64,000 nucleotides of DNA, taken from the NCBI GenBank assembly GCA_002633005.1, contig NMRA01000434.1:262001-326000 (forward strand). The letters are read 5' to 3'. Source of the stretch: Phoronis australis (Eukaryota; Animalia; Phoronida). Each line of letters begins with the position of its first letter. Positions within the stretch are counted from its first letter, which is position 1. The translations under genes were made by a program, and so were the position numbers. Under the pieces are notes generated by a model. The model had not been told where the DNA came from. It saw nothing but the letters and a program-made list of their open reading frames with translations, and did no database searches. This document shows positions 36,301 through 49,687 of this stretch, piece after piece.

Positions 36301-39300
36301 TTGAATTTTTAGTCAACATTGTGAAGTCTGGGCATTGCATACATAGATTTCTGGTTCATGGGCAATTTTACCTGAATATTTTCCTGACTATTGATTACTT
36401 TTTAAAAATGAACCTGTATAGTCCTGTTCGTGTAGCTTGCGTAATCTGAGACTTTTTGAGTATTGTCATCAGACGTGAAGACTGGCTCATCATATTACAA
36501 TAAGCTTTGACTTGTCGCTTGAGTCGCACAAGGAACATAGTTGGTACATCTAGAATGACTGCAGATGTTTATTTTGTAGTTAATCATTCTACATTTCCAT
36601 TCATTTAATCTTCTGATTTAGCTACGCACATTTGAAAAATAATCTGCAAAAATATCAGCAGAAAAGAAATGTTTCATTAATTAGTGTGATTTTGGAATGC
36701 CAGGAAGTTGTCTTTGATTGTATAGTGCTAAGTTTGATACTTGATTATTCAAAATTTTTGGCCTTACCGTTCACAAAGTTAGGCATGCACGGTTAGGTTG
36801 TTTTAATAAGCAATACTAGTCTTAACTTTTTCTAAGTAAGATAATTCTTCATGTGTTTACCACACTATATCGTGTAAGTGGAATGTTATTTTGTTGAATT
36901 TCTCAACATAAACGTAAACATATGTATGCAAAAATGGCATAATTGGTTCTGGTTCATCGCGACGCATTTTAAAACTATCTTGAGGTAGTTTGGGTATGTT
37001 CCTTCATGATACTCCAGCATTCTTTCGTATCGGCTTTTTTACTGAAATGCCGAATACAATTGATAAGTGAAACAAAGAAAAGGTACATGAAATCTACCCT
37101 GGTATTGAGAACAAGTTTAGGTGCAATTTATTATTGGATCACACAAAGTTATGAAAAAGATGGCAAATAATTTTTATCTACTACAGTTCAGATCGAAGGA
37201 AAAGTGGTTTGTAATGCCGTGTTTTTCAAAAATTTCCTGAAGGGAGATCTTCCAGGCACCCACTTCGGCACCCACAAAGACCTTTTTCTTGTTTTCTGCT
37301 GTTTCGTTTCTCAACCTATTTTTCGTGACTTTCTGCATCTGTTTAAAAAAGTCACAGACCAGGGGTCTGTTCAAAGAAACTTACTTAAGTTCATTTTTGA
37401 CTTAAGTTTAAGATTTGTCTTAACTTTCAAACTTTGAAACTTCCACGTTCGGCAAGTTAGTCAAAATTAAGACAAAACTTATGTCAAACACTTGGTTTTG
37501 AGACAAATTTAACTTTTATTTAAAAGTTTAATAAACTTCAAGATTTGTCTTAGCTAAGTCAGTTTTGTTGGCACGGGCCCCAGAACTAATGTTATGCATT
37601 TTTATTCGTAGCTCATTGATACCCTATTTAAAAATGGAAATGACTATTTTGGATGCACTGTTTCCTTTTGCAGCTTTACCAGCTTAGCCACAAAGAACAG
37701 TGAGGGGTTAAAGTCACCAAGGTCAAGGTGAGTTGAGGTCATGCCCTCTGGGCTTCTATTCAGGAGTAATTATGACATGGGCTTATGATGTCATTAGCAT
37801 GCACAAGCTGTTGTGTTCAGATTTAGGCAGGAATTTTAGAATCAGCTGGTGATGTCATTTGGATGTCCTCTGGTCAGGAGCTATTGTGTTGGGCATTTTG
37901 GCGGGAATTTTGAAATCAGCTGATGATGTCATGACAGATGTGCAAGTCTACTGCCATCTGTCATGGGGGGGAGGGTCACATGTTCCTTTGTTCCTTTGCC
38001 TGTTGACATAACTCCACATGATTGGAATTAAGTCAGGCTTGACATAATGCTCTGTAGTTGACAGTTAATGGCCTGGTGTCACACTGTTGAATTGAAATTG
38101 AAATCTTTAATTTCAGGGCTGTAATCTTGTGTGCAGCAGTTTGTATTGTTCTTTAATGACTTGAGTGTTTTGCTAATGTTGCTGGTTCTTATAAAGGATT
38201 GTACTAATGTAGGACAGTTTGAGACCCAGTACAGTAGACAGTGAAATTTCATTTTGTGGAATTTCTCAACAAAAGTGACTATTGAGAAACAGTTCTTTGT
38301 ATTAACATAGTTTTTGTGATGTAATTGTCAGCAAACAACGTTTGGTAAAATATTGAGCATTTGTGCAGTGTAGTGAGCCTCTGAAAAAATTCTACTTTAT
38401 TCATTTTTGACTGAAATTGAAAAAAAATCCGTAGAAAGTTTATGAAAGTAGTTGGACAGGAGAACTCATGCTCAAAATGTTACAACAAATTTATACGTAA
38501 ATAAACTTTGTCACCTAATCACAGAGACTCGTGTTAGTCCACTGTTTTAATTTTATATGGTTAGACCATCGGCACACACAGTGCATTGACCCTTTGTTTA
38601 GTTTTCTTGTATACTGGGGATCTGTTTCATGAAAAATGAGTTAACACTTAGAACACACTTAGAACAAATATTTGGACTTACACTCCCACTCCACGATTTC
38701 AGAATAAAGGTTTAGCCATATAATTATTAACACATAATGGCCTAGAAATAATATTTATAATTAATCTCTGCAACTAGAAGTAATGGCTATATTCTCAGAG
38801 ACTTTTACTTTTGCTGGAGTGGGATTTAATTATTTTTCAGAAATAGTTGTATGAAATGATACACGCAATTTGTGAGTTACATCTTAAGTCACTTTTCATG
38901 AAACTGACCCCTGATCACCATGGGGGCCTTTTAACTCACAGGCTAATAGCTGGTTTCTTGTTCACTTGAAGGGCAAGAAAGAGTGCCTTCCGCAGGTTCA
39001 AATCACTTCCTGTAAGTCAGATTTATTTCTCATTATGTTAAAAAGTATTTCCACTGCTCATGTGTTTATAACTTTAAAGTTAACAGTTCAATCGTAGTTC
39101 AGTACTGCTCTGCTGATTTTACCTGTAGTTGTTATACTTTGTTGAAAGTTTTATTGTGTTGGGGATTTTCTGATTGATTGGTTAGTCAACAGCTTAGAAG
39201 GTCAGCTGACTTCGCCTAGTTTATGAGCAGAGGAAAAATCCTGTGGTTGAGAAATATTGGGAACTCACAGTAAACGTTTGTGTTGAATGAATTAAACAAT

Positions 39301-42300
39301 TATTATTGATGTTATGTTTTGTTTTGTAGTGTGCATTTGTACTGGAGGCCTATGTACAACAATAAAACATCTAGTTAATTGCATCACAAAACTTCATTTC
39401 TTTACTTACAATTCTGCTGTTATGATCTTGTTTAACTGGCCTGTATTTCAGTGTGGTTCCCTATCTCAGTCATTTCCACCCGATGTCAACTTGTCAAGCC
39501 CTCGTGTGTCGTTCACCATCGATGAGACCGAGCTGGTCGGTTCTCGGGATAGTCAAGACAGTGGTATTGGAAAGGTGCTGTTGTAATAACAATCTCATTC
39601 ATGAAAAGTACATTTATAACGTGCATTATATGAGGAGGCATTTTTCGAATAGGTGCTACTAGTTCAAATATCATTTTAGCCAAGTGCATTTTAAACCTAG
39701 ACCAATTTAGCATAAACTTAAGAATGGTAAATGGATGTATATCAATGGCATCAAATGATTGCCTTTATTTTGCTTTTTGTGTTTTTTAAATAAAGATGTT
39801 ATTTATGTTTGTCAAGTGCCATTACAAATACTGACTAGGTATGTAAATATAAAGCTATCCTCGAGGGGTGTAAGGGATTCCTTCATTTATGCCGGAGGTC
39901 ACTGTAGTTGGTATTAAATTGTCAAACACAGGCTTGTGCCTTTGAAAATCAAAAGGCTATGAACTTTGCCAGATTGTTAGAGATCCATAAATATTTTGGT
40001 GATTACAAAGTCAGTTGAGTTAAAAGTACTAAGTGATTTCCATAGCAACTTCATCTGGGTGTGATAATTGAGTGTTTCGGGCAGTCGGACTACCTTTAAA
40101 TTTGTCAGCGTGTTCCCTACTCACATAACAAATGATCTTTTGGCTTGCAAAGAAGTGACTGGTGTTGTTGTATGAGAGCATCTTCAGTGTACAAAATGAC
40201 CTGCCATAAGAAGCCAACTAAACTTAGTGCACTAACAAACTACCGTTTTTTCCACGCTCTTATATCTCTAATTTGTGTAGTAAATTAAAACTTAGACCAG
40301 TTTTGTAGTGCATTAATCCAAGTCAAACGTTAAATTTTTATTGAAAGGGGGGTTTATAGCTGCTCTAAGCATGCTGTGTTGATTATCTAGCCGTGACCCT
40401 GCCACACCAAGCTAATTTTAAGAGTGTAGTACGACAGTGTCCTCACTGCTGACTACTGTTCAATACATGAAAACTAGTTGTGATGCCCTTTGTTGTCTCG
40501 TCTCTGCAGGATTATGAAGAAGCCAAGGAAGAGTTCAAGTTTGTTGCCCCTGTTGGTTTTCCGCCGCGGTCTTCATCACGCTCCTTCATCTTGGACGAGG
40601 CAACCCGCTCACCCCACAAGTATTCACCTGTCAAAGACAGGTGTATTTCTGCTCCAGCTGGTAGTCTGGTGAGTGTCACTTCAGGTGTATATGATTGGTA
40701 TAGTACATACAAAGGCAGTGAACCCATTTGTAGTAGGACAGAGATAATGTTTGTTTCCCACCAAACTTAACAGCAATTTGGCCATGTATTTGGTCTTACA
40801 ACATCTCTTGTGGCGCTTTTTATTACCCATCTTACCAGAGATTGCCAATAATACGTTATTTACATGTATTCATTTTATTGTAATTGTGCTAGTCATAATG
40901 AAAGACCTTATATCGCCTACCTGGGTCTCCTTTTCATCTCTGGTAACGAACTTGCAACGCACGTATCATTTATCTATTATTCGGGACATATGTCGATCAG
41001 AAATAGCAGGCCGCAATTGTTGTAGTTGGTGCATCCAGCCCTTTAGATAAGTCAGGTAAAATTTCTGTCTAGTTGGATCTAACTTATGTGAATTTTATTG
41101 TAGTTTTATTTTATCTGAAAACCTCAGAATGCATACTATACAATTTACTCATTGGTTTCTTAAACCATTCGCAATCACAAACTTACTACAGTGACAAGTA
41201 TAGACACTCGCTCAACGCGTCACACGTTGATCTCCTGCTTTGTAGCCTATCCTTCCTCACAGGTTAATGAGACACCTCTTTACCCGACAAGGGCATCATG
41301 ATTGGACACGGAGTGATTAGAATTGTAATAAGAGAAATGTCCTTTAAGGTTATTTCAAACCTTATTTAGTGGCCTCTGTTCTAACTCGTATATCAAAAAA
41401 ACTAAGCTTTGTCAACTAGTAAAAGTATATATTTTCTGAAAGAACAAAGATCAAGAAATATAAATATACTTTTTGTATTTATTTGTCATTATTATTTTTA
41501 CGTAAAAACCTTTTTTAAGTAAAAATTCCATTTTTAAGAAAGGTACATTCATAGCAAAATAACCCCTCTGTCGATTTTAACGAAACCTTTTTTAAATGAA
41601 AACTTCATCAATTANTAAGTGATTTAGGAGAGTCTCTATAATGTCCCGACTTCTTCTGGATCTGTAGAACAGTTGTCACAATACATGAAATTAGGTCAGT
41701 TTTTCAATGCGCACATGATGGGTGGTTTCTGTATGTTTTAGTTTAATGTGAATGAATGACGTCATAGTGCCGTGCTTATTTACAGGAGTTCTGCCTACCA
41801 ACGCCTGGTGATGACTTGTCTGGGAGCCCAGTGTTACTCAGTGTGTCGTCGTTGACTTCCAGTATGAATGATGATGAAACTGATGACGGTTTCCTCGACA
41901 CACACTTCATGGACCACCATGAGCTCAATGTATGAGATTGTTATATCATCAACAGTGTGTTTACTAAAAAGACAATTTAGACCAAACTGTTGAGCTATTA
42001 AGCATTGCGACGCTTAATGTTAAGTTCTTAAACATATTAATCTTTTATGAATTTTGACCATGTTTTGTAATAAGAACAACTTGCCTCCCTTTTAAAAAGC
42101 ATGGAATCTGGTTTTCAACGGGCTATTTCAACTGGTGCTGCAACTTTTTATTTTCAACAGTTGCCCCTGTTGCATTTCTTTGTCCAGCTAATGTTTACAG
42201 CCTTGATATCCCACTGTGTATTGTGTAAAACCCGCTCTTGCTTATAGGGTACAGCACTCAGATAGTGACATGATGACTTCAGCAAAAGACAAGAAATCAG

Positions 42301-45300
42301 ATCTAAATTTCCAAAATTGCTTAGTCCTCAAAAGTCTATAGTTCTACACCCAAACAACCTTTGGTGGGTCATTTGAGTCGGCTCTAAATTTCCAAAATTG
42401 CTTGTTCCCAAAAAAAAATATAGAGTTTGGCACCCAAACAACCTTTGGTTGGTCGTCTGAGTCCCCTAATGGACTTGTAGCTATTCTAAATTGGTGAGAT
42501 TCTACGATACATTTTCACCCTGTTTTTCATACGAGAAAGTGCAGAACCATGGATATAGCTTGATCATAATAACAGAGCAGTTTCGATCCAAGATTCGTAT
42601 TTCTAGTGTATGCCATGTGATCTCAATTACACTTGCAGCTGCTGCAGTGGGGGAGGGGTTGTGGTAAATTGGCCTAATCGTCAACCTTTGGCCACAATTT
42701 TCCTTGTTTTCTTTTTAGCCATGTGGCCAGTCCATGCCTGCAGGGCTGTCCAGCCTATTGACGGCCCCGCTGATAAACAAAGAGAACAGTGAACCGCCCA
42801 CCAGGGTAAGTGTTATGACCACGTGCTGTGCATTTTATGGGGCAGTCTGTTTGGTTTGGTTTCCGGGAAACCTCTGGCTGGGTTGTGGTCAGTTTTCGTA
42901 CCGGTGAAAGCTTGTGACGCAGTTTTGTAATGTTTAGTGAGACTGTGATAATCTTCCTATTCTAGTCTTACTGAGCCTACCTACCCTTTGGACTTTCGTT
43001 TGGATTGAAAGGTACAAAAACCTTTAAACAAACTATGCTTGGTTATCAGAATGATTTTCTTGTCACCGTGAGTTGTAATGGGATATTGTCTTTGGTGTAT
43101 GGTTGCACTCAGACATTCTACAAATTTGCATAGTCACTTCAGTTATAGAAAGTAAAGGAAAAACATAACTGTTCTTAAATTTTAGGGAACCATGTCTAGA
43201 AAGCAAGGCTACCAAATGTTGCTCAATACTGAACCTGAAAATAGACTTATTGAGTGACATGCTCTGAGTTATAAAAGTTGTTTTATTTCATATGTTGTGC
43301 TGTGATTAAACAATTTTCAGAATTGAGGCTTAGGTTTGGTCATCGTAGGCACACTATTGTATCTGTAAACTTAATAGTCTGAAAGTTAAAACTCAACAAT
43401 CCCTGAACCTGTTCAACATCTAAAGAATGTTGGCTATGGTAAAGTTTTGCTAATTTCTTGGCCTTTTTCAATTTCTAAAGGTTTCTAACGTTGTTGAGAA
43501 CGCCCACAATTTCTTGGAAATGTCTGATTGTAGCTATGGCCTAAAACGTAAATAGTATACCTTTAATTTTGCATGACTTTATCTGTTATGAAAAATAATA
43601 AAAACATAAAATGTTGCTTGTCATCTTTAAATATGTTCAAATGGGTGAGAGTTTACCTGAATACTTCGTCACTGACCCCTGAGTGTGTGTTTCCCTGTAG
43701 GAGTCTATCACAAGGGGCCTGTTCCGGTCACCCAGTGTACCAGACTTCAGGCTGAGGCGGCCATCAGCCTTCAAACGACCAGACCGGCCCAAAGATGGCA
43801 TTAGTCCAATGCAGAACAAACGACGGAAGAGTATGGTAGATGGGCTGGATGACAAGTCAGTGACCGTACATAGCAGTGTAAGTAAACAGATAGGGGTCCC
43901 AGATTTTGAGAACCAGTTTGATAACCATTATTCAATGGGGAAAACTGGTTCTCAAATTGCAGGACCCTGTAAGTGACTATTACCGACAGATGTACGTGAA
44001 CTGTAAGCCTCAGAGTATTCATAGTTTTTTTGTTTGGTTCTTTGTCAGCAAAAATTTACACATGCTCAAAATAAATTGCAAAATGGCAACAAGCCTTCGA
44101 AGGTGAGTTCAAGTCTTGGAAGATCGACTTGGAACATTCATTCATTATCTTGCAGATGTTTTCACCTCTTTAACCAAGTCACTTTTTATGAAACATAAAA
44201 ATGATCTTTTCAATATTTCTCAGAACAACTTCAGTGCCTACTAAAACTTTGCTGCCCTTCTCGATTATCTTCTGTAAGGTCGTGTTTGTGTTTGCAGCCA
44301 AATGTACTCCGGGAACTTTGCCCACAATTCTCTCAACGCAGGCTCCACAGGTGTCACTCTGAGTCAGAGGCCATGATTAAGTCAGCATTAAACAAAGGTA
44401 AGTGCAGGTACACTTAACATATTGCAATAATTAGAATTAATTGTTTACTTTAATTGATGATTCCAGAAATGAATCAGCCTCACAAAAATGATAAGCTTGC
44501 AGTTGGTTGAACCATTATGTTATTTTCGGCCAGAGACTGTCTGTTGGTCAAACCATTAAGTTATATTAAGCACTGCTTTTCAAAAATGGTTGGTTTTATT
44601 AGTATGGAGCGGTTTATTAAACAAAAAATAATATCTATGAACTCCTTCTTGATAGCAGCATAACCAAAAAATCAAGAGGTGTTAACTTGCGGTACTCGTG
44701 ACTCGTGCGTGTCAGAATTGAATGGAAAACATTTGACACTTACCATGGTATGTATGGGGATATCCCAAGGTGATGGTCACATTTACCAAAACAGTGTATA
44801 GCAATGTAGCTTGAAGCACACCACCTTAGTTTTGGGGTTTTATTCTTTATGGTTTACTTATGGGTAACTAGACTCACTGTGCATCTTTGATAATATCTGT
44901 GCAGAACCATTACATGGCCAGCAAAGTCATCACTCTGGATCATGCTCCTTACACAGCTTAACACATCAACCTTTTGCAATGTACCGTGAACTCGAAGCTT
45001 TCACTAGAACTCGTATCCATTTTACAATGACCGCATATTTTAAAAAATTATTTACAAGTACTATTTGTAAACATTATTTAGAAGTACTATTTACAAATAC
45101 AAATTACAAATTATATTTACAAACAAGCGTCTTGGTTTTGTCCTTTTCCCACTACCCGTGCGAGAGTGAGGCTCGTGTCATTTGTTGTCGTGTTGTCATG
45201 GTTACCATTCTGCTTCAGGTGCCCTGCAGCCTGACCTGGCTGGAGACTACAGCAAGTCTTTCTGCCTTCCCACAGTGTCTGGCAAGCACCAAGACCTCAG

Positions 45301-46954
45301 GTCCATCACTCCACAGACGGTGAGTCTGCTCTAACTGCTGCTGGTGATGAAGGAGGATTTCTGTTTCGTTTAAGTCCTATAGGATCATAACAACCTAATT
45401 AAAATGAAATGTCTAGTTTCATGTTGGTTTGAATAGTGGAATGTCATTCAAGATTGTTTAAGTTGTAGTGTGCACTACCATGTCTGTTGGTATTGCAGCT
45501 GTCTGACCTCATGAACGACAAGTACTCTAATGAGGTGGAGAAATATATCATCATTGACTGCCGGTACCCGTACGAGTATGCAGGCGGTCACATCAAGGGC
45601 GCCATTAATGTGTACACACGGGACCAGGCTGTTAGCGAGTTCCTGCATGACCCCAGGAAACATGTGGCTGTCAACGGGGGCAAGAGAACCATTCTGATCT
45701 TCCACTGTGAATTCTCATCGGAAAGGGCGCCTAAAATGTAAGTACTGTTAACATACACGCAATGGTCTATCATTGACCTTTTCACAGATGGGTGGATGCA
45801 TCACGTTGCAGTGGATTGTGGGCTGCCAGTCATCCAAGGCAAAATAAAACCAATCAATGGAAAAGGAGAATGTACACCTACATTTTCAGCCAGTAGGGAA
45901 TATGGATGACGGATATTGTATAAATTGCAAACTGTAGTGAGGTCCATGAAACCTTGTCTCTCTTAGTGCTCATAGCAGATGTTAGAACAGATTTCCTTTG
46001 TTTAAGTCAGTCTAGTTTTCAATAATCAGACAGTGTGTTATATTACTTATACATGAAGTTGTAACTTTCCACTATTTTTGGAGTCCAGTATTGGAAGTAG
46101 CTTGCATTTAACTCTAAACATTCAAACAAAATGTTGACGATCTTAATGGTTTTATGTAATAATTAGTTCAAGTCACATTTATGTTTTTTAACATATTTCT
46201 TCATGTATCAGGTCACGATTTATTCGTAAGAACGACCGAGAGCAGAACGTCTACCCCAACCTGTTCTACCCAGAGATGTATTTGCTGCACAATGGGTACA
46301 AGCATTTCTTTGAAACTCAGAAGGTATGACCTGCTATTGACTATTAGACCATAAAAAAGCATGTTGTCTTCACCCTAAATCATCTTAAGACCTGTGCTCA
46401 CCAACAAAAAAACGTCAACCCGCATCAATTTTAGCCAAGGTCTCTTCTGAAAATCTGCATAAAGGTGGGTAAGCAAAGTTGCTAAGCAAGTAGAAATGCC
46501 CGTCTCTGGTGGATTTTCTTACCGCGCCACGAACTTGATTTCCAAAAAAAAAAACAACCAATCTGGCTTTTATGACCTAATGTGTTTTCCCGGTGTAAAT
46601 GATATGGTTGTGTGATTGCTTTTAGGTTTCGAAAGTCACTCGTCACTTAATGTTCATGTGTGAACTTACATATATGGTTTGTGACAGAACTTTATATAGC
46701 TTTATAAGTATGTGTTAGTTCTAATTCGTGTTCGTGTTAGTTATGTGATGGAGGTTGATGACTAATGCCCTCTGTAGTCCGATATCACCAACACGTGACA
46801 CGTTCTATTACAGGGGCTGTGTGAGCCTCAAACCTATACACCTATGCTTCACAAAGAGCACTCTGATGATCTCAAGCACTTCCGAACAAAGTCCAAGTCA
46901 TGGGCCGGTGACTGTAAAGGACGATATGCCTTCCGTACAGGACTCAAGTTCTAA
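33334..46954 (+). CDS. CDC25: M-phase inducer phosphatase Cdc25 (string-like), ~618 aa
   Basis: Exons 33334-33518, 33765-33886, 34855-34927, 37674-37727, 38972-39011, 39452-39574, 40510-40668, 41786-41929, 42719-42805, 43701-43877, 44298-44397, 45219-45319, 45499-45737, 46212-46323, 46814-46954 (1857 nt, phases consistent). Rhodanese domain [18 protein letters not shown], catalytic [23 protein letters not shown]; regulatory motifs SPVTDL, TPKRKL, RRFKSLP, DSG, SAPA, DDGFLD, LTAPL, NKEN, RSPSVP, KRRK. Confidence 0.96.
37363..37580. mobile_element. PIF/Harbinger-like MITE (CAG target duplication)
   Basis: cag|gggtctgttc...gcacgggccc|cag with imperfect TIRs. Confidence 0.5.
37899..37914 (+). 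promoter_or_regulatory. Canonical CDE/CHR tandem element in cdc25 intron 4
   Basis: TGGCGG (37899-37904) + 4-nt spacer GAAT + TTTGAA (37909-37914). It overlaps an E2F site TTTGGCGGGAA. Confidence 0.55.
38617..38910. mobile_element. PIF/Harbinger-like MITE (CTG target duplication)
   Basis: TIRs gggatctgtttcatgaaaaatgagttaa / ttaagtcacttttcatgaaactgaccc, flanked by ctg on both sides. Confidence 0.7.
41346..41614 (+). mobile_element. Partial copy of the 3143-4042 element, ending at an N
   Basis: caaaccttatttagtggcctc...gtcaactagtaaaagtatatattttctgaaagaa...ttcatagcaaaataacccctc is shared with 3143-3420. Confidence 0.8.
42302..42464. repeat. ~81-bp imperfect tandem duplication
   Basis: tctaaatttccaaaattgctt...cacccaaacaacctttggt...tgagtc occurs twice. 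Confidence 0.85.
43892..43968. repeat. Short palindromic interspersed repeat (mini-MITE), copy 2
   Basis: ggggtcc-cagattttgagaaccagttt...aaactggttctcaaattgca-ggaccc; same core as 29995-30048. Confidence 0.85.
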
Positions 46955-49283
46955 CACATCACCACTGATGTGACCTGGGATCTCTTCTCATCTTAAGATT
47001 AACAAATACCAGTCTTGTTTTTGTTTAAGTTGTTCATTCAATTCACAGTGTATCTGTTCATTTTAATTTGTATTCTATGCTCTACTTTAGAACCAACTCA
47101 AGATTAGCATTCTTTATTTTGTGCTTGGGTACATTATGGTTTACTCTGAGGACTGTCTTGGCCAAGTTTCTACTTAATGACCCCCCAAATTCCAGATACA
47201 AACATGAACTTCAGATTTCGAGTTTAGGCTCAAACTTGTAACTTAAAAGTGGCAATAAATGTGTGTTCTGTGGAAAAAAATAAATTTTGATTTTGACAGC
47301 TCAACGCTATAAAATTGGTCTCAGCTGGGGCCAAGCCAACTTGTGGTTAGTTACTATTGTTTTTTGTGTGATGCAAGGTAGGGTTATAGCTGGTTTGAAG
47401 TTATGGGTCATAAAGTGTAAACTTGAATGAGACACTTATTCTGCATTACCTGTAAAAGTACTCAAACACAAATCAAATACATTTATTCTAAGTCTGTACT
47501 GAAGTAAAACAGGTTCATTTAAATGTGGAAGAGTTTAGAGATAGGATTTGAGACCAGGCCATGTCAGCATCTGAATGCACCGGGAGTCTTTCAAGCGTGG
47601 CTGTATTGAGGGACAGTGCTTTCCCAGGATTTCTCTTTTGATTTCCTAGGGGTATGTCGGAAGTTGTTAGCCGCATGCTATGAATACCTCTACAATGTCA
47701 GGGTGTGCAATAATATATGTGTGAAGCTAACCATAGTGAATGGTGAAGTGTGATTATTGCGAGACAAATGTGACGATAAGCCCATAAGTTTGTATTTTGA
47801 TTTGATTTTGTTGACTAAATCATGCTATTACCGTTAAATTCTTACAAAAGAACCCAGGCAGGAATTTTCTACATCTATTAAGTTTGCTTATATTTAACCA
47901 TCTTACAACAGTCTTCCAAGGTGTATATGATTTTAGATGTTGTTTTTTTATTCAGGCTATGTTTGTGTTTGTATGTGTGTGTTTGTCTTGTCTAGTTTAT
48001 GACGCATGCCTCGATTTGTGCTGACTGTTAATTTTCACTCACTGGTCTTGTATAAAGCATTTTTATTCATCCATGACCGTTTCTTGGTCAGATCAATCCA
48101 CAGCTGTGGGCATTATAGCTTGAACTGTCGCTGCTTTGTGTGATGTGGGCCATGATTTGATATGTGGAGGCCATGATTTGGTTATTTAAGTGAAGTTAGC
48201 AAATGTTGGCATTTCCTTAAGTTTGTCGTGGTCTTTTTAATATTTATGTTCAGGCCAAAAAAGCAGTTGGTTATGGTTTATTCCTGTGCACACCGACTTA
48301 AGAAAAGTGTCCTCCAGTATCAATTTCAGGCTAGGTCAGCTATTTGTGTTTGAAAAGCTGCACTAAGGCATGTAAGAAAGGTTTGAAATGCCAGGATTTG
48401 CTAAGTGATGATAGAAAATTTTTGATAATCTCAGGTGGATTTTCTTTTTTGAAGAAATAATAACAAACCACCGTGTTTACAAAAAAACATACCAGAATCA
48501 ATTATGCTTTTTTGGCCCAATCCTGGTCTATTTATTGGTTTCATTGTATCTTTGAGAGCTCATAACTTAATCTATTTTCACCTGCTCTTAGTTGCACCTT
48601 AGACGTCGTGTACACTACCTGTGCAGTTTATTTCGTTTTCCCCCTTCTGTTCTTTGTCGATTTGATTTCGGTTTTAAACTGTACCAGTAGTTCATTACAA
48701 TTTCACAATAATTTTACTTTGATTAAATTTGGCATTAAATCTAACCAATATTTATTATTATGATTTCGCAATTATTTTACATTACGAAGTTGTTTTTTAT
48801 TTAAGAAAATGAGTTTTACTGTTTAAGGGTGTAATATGGAAGGTAGGAAGACTGAACTGTGTCTCGAATGAATGTCAGTGACGTAGAATACAATCGTGTA
48901 GTTTTATTGTACAAATAATATACAGGAGTTTTAACTTAATCATGTTGTTTTAATTTTTAACCAGTAGACCATCAAAGTTGTTCAATGACTCAATTTCTTC
49001 TCTCATCTACAGTGTACACACAGTACCTGTTTGTAAACTAAAGCATTTACAGACTCAGGACTATGGGACTACTTGTAAAAACTTAGTAGGCTCAGTTTGG
49101 CCTAAATTTGGTACTTCCAATGTCCAACCAGGCAAAGATAATGCCTATGCTTTTCTCCATGAAATGGATCAATTCTTGTAGTACATGTTTTTATTTTCCA
49201 CACTGGTGGTGATTTCATACACAAGTCCCAGTAATTTTCTTGCTCACAAATAAATGAAAAGTAAATTGAGCCAAATTCACAAT

Positions 49284-49687
49284 TTAAATTTGGAACTTGC
49301 ACACTAATTCCTTATCTCTGTGATTGTGTGGTCAAATTAGAAACGCAACATACACTGACGATGTGAAAATGAATCGGGTTGAAAATTGACATGTTGTTAA
49401 GAAGAAGTTTTTGTCGAAATAATCCACTGTGAATCACTAAATGACCGTCTCCAGTAAGTATTGTGACATGGTGTTGAGGAATAACACTGCATAATGCAGG
49501 TTATGCGAGCCCCAAGGAACGTCATTAGTGCAAAGGTCACCTATTTTCAGAATTTTTGATTTTCACATCTACAAGTTGTTAATGAATACGACTGCACTTT
49601 GTTTAGCGTAGATGATGTTCAAATAGCATTGTCATTTAGTTCCTGCTATACATTAGCATAGTTAGGAGCATTCAAATACATCTTTAA
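49284..49687 (+). mobile_element. ~400-bp TTAA-flanked interspersed repeat, copy 2 of 3
   Basis: ttaaatttggaacttgcacactaattc...ttagcatagttaggagcattcaaatacatctttaa; homologous to 62252-62657 and 16063-16460. Confidence 0.85.
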
